NCBI RefSeq assembly: GCF_004010195.1
Contig: NC_057749.1
Coordinates: forward strand, 23,821,073 to 23,885,072
Reading direction: 5' to 3'
Source of the DNA: Chiloscyllium plagiosum
Lineage: Eukaryota
Length of the DNA: 64,000 nt
The notes under the pieces are model-generated. The model did no database searches and was not told the origin of the DNA. It saw only the letters and a program-made list of their open reading frames with translations. This document shows, in pieces, positions 62,491 to 64,000 of this stretch. Made by a program: the position numbers and the translations under genes. How positions within the stretch are numbered: position 1 is the stretch's first letter; each line of letters begins with the position of its first letter.

Positions 62491-63159
62491 AAACTTCTAA
62501 AGCTAAAGCAAATGATGCCAGAAATACTGAGCAGGTCAGGCAGCATTCCTGAAGAGCGAGAAGCAGAGTTAACGTGACCTTTGATGAGATTTGAGGAAAG
62601 TTTGCGTTGTGATAGATTTGGAGCAGGTGAGAGGAGGTGGACGACAGGAGAGAGTTAATGCTGGAAGGTTTCATGGTTGTGGGCCCAGAGAGTGCTCATG
62701 GGAGAAACCAAAGATCAGAAAAACACGAGCAGAGGAGGTGTGAATGGTAGGATATGGAATTGTCTGAAAGGCAGGGAAGAAAATCGAGGGAAAAGAAAAT
62801 GAACCAGCAACAAAATGGGGAGAGGAAGTCAGTGAATGATGCTTGTTAAATGACTGTCCAAGTGTTTAAGGATTTCCTGAATGAATCTCCACTCCTGGAG
62901 CCACAAACTCACTCTGAAAAAGGGAACTGAGCTCTTGTCATTCCTGCTTGGATTGGCACGAAGCAAGCTGTTCTCTGAGTGGATGGACTTACTTTCTGCT
63001 TTCCACCCTCTGTACAATCGCTATCTTTTCTCCTCCTTTGGCTCTGGGCACCTTTATAATGTGTTCAACTCATTCTCCTCCTCTGTCTGTCTGCAACATA
63101 GAACCAAACGTAATTCTCCAACCTCTATCATTTCCAAAGAAGCATCAGATCTGACTCAT

Positions 63160-63385
63160 GGCACGGTGGCTCACTGGTTAGCACTGCTGCCTCACAGCAC
63201 CAGGGTTCCAGGTTCGGTTCCAGCCTCAGGCAACTGTCAGGTGAATTGGCCATGCTAAATTGCCCGTAGTGTTAGGTACATTAGTTAGAAGGAAATGGGT
63301 CTGGGTGGGTTACTCTTCGGAGGGTCGGTGTAGACTGGTTGGGCCGAAGGGCCTGTTTCCACACTGTAGGGAATCTAATCTAATC
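63160..63385 (+). mobile_element. HE1-type SINE with internal deletion
   Basis: Head joined directly to gtcaggtgaattggcc; aatct tail. Confidence 0.88.
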
Positions 63386-64000
63386 AAATCAAAACATTCC
63401 TCTCTGCACAGACCCATTGAGTTTCTTGAACACCTGTTTATTTTCATGTAAGTTTTCCTCCTTCCCTGGTCCAGATGGAGATCCATGTGCTCCGGCTGTA
63501 CGTTGTCTTCCTACCTTCTCTGAGATTTTCTATAACTCTCTGATTCCGACTGTGAGGCACGATTGATTGCTGCCTGGTTCAGTGTTCTGGCAGTGGGGAG
63601 AGATTTCCGATGTTTCTCATGAATGGATTGTTCTCGGGCGAGGGAGGGTAATGTGGGGTCAATCATGCCCTTTCCCAAAGGCGATGTCAGCTTTCAGATG
63701 GCTTCTTCCCATGAGGGCTGGGAGCTGAAGCGGCTCACTGAAAAGGACAAGAGAGAGACATGACCCTGTCCAAAAGGAGGAATTCCAATGCTCAGTGCAC
63801 ACTGTGGTTGCTTGCCAAAAAAAACGCCCAGGACTGCTCTTGGTTGAAGCTGAACTTTTAACCCAAACTTGCAGTTCACAGAATTGCTACAGCTCAGAAA
63901 GAGGCCATTCAGCCCATCATGCTTGCACTGGTTCTCAGAATCCCAACAGTGCAGAAAGAGGCCTTTCATGCAGCAAGTTCACACCAACCATCCAAAAGGC

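Overview
Eukaryotic, repeat-dense, apparently non-coding (intronic or intergenic) DNA from a shark or other elasmobranch, inferred from abundant HE1-type tRNA-derived SINEs and CR1/HER1-type LINEs. It contains six assembly gaps. I recognise no host protein-coding exon, RNA gene or CRISPR array. The only recognisable coding remnants are retroelement RT or GIY-YIG fragments (CR1, Rex1/Babar, Penelope-like); the other long ORFs are simple-repeat or N-gap artefacts. The most notable signal is about a dozen short (80-280 bp) Penelope-like-element (PLE)-derived insertions. Most are fold-back palindromes flanked by 11-17 bp target-site duplications (TSDs), and most carry a minimal hammerhead-ribozyme motif (CUGANGA-N-stem II-GAAACGUC). 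Their apices cluster at the ribozyme, and their truncated arms share microhomology with the target. Parent PLE fragments with RT and GIY-YIG domains are in the same window. Also present: solo-LTR-like repeats, three minisatellites (one mimicking a repeat-spacer array), two non-PLE inverted duplications and a templated 230-bp insertion. Family names come from recalled consensus motifs, not from database searches.
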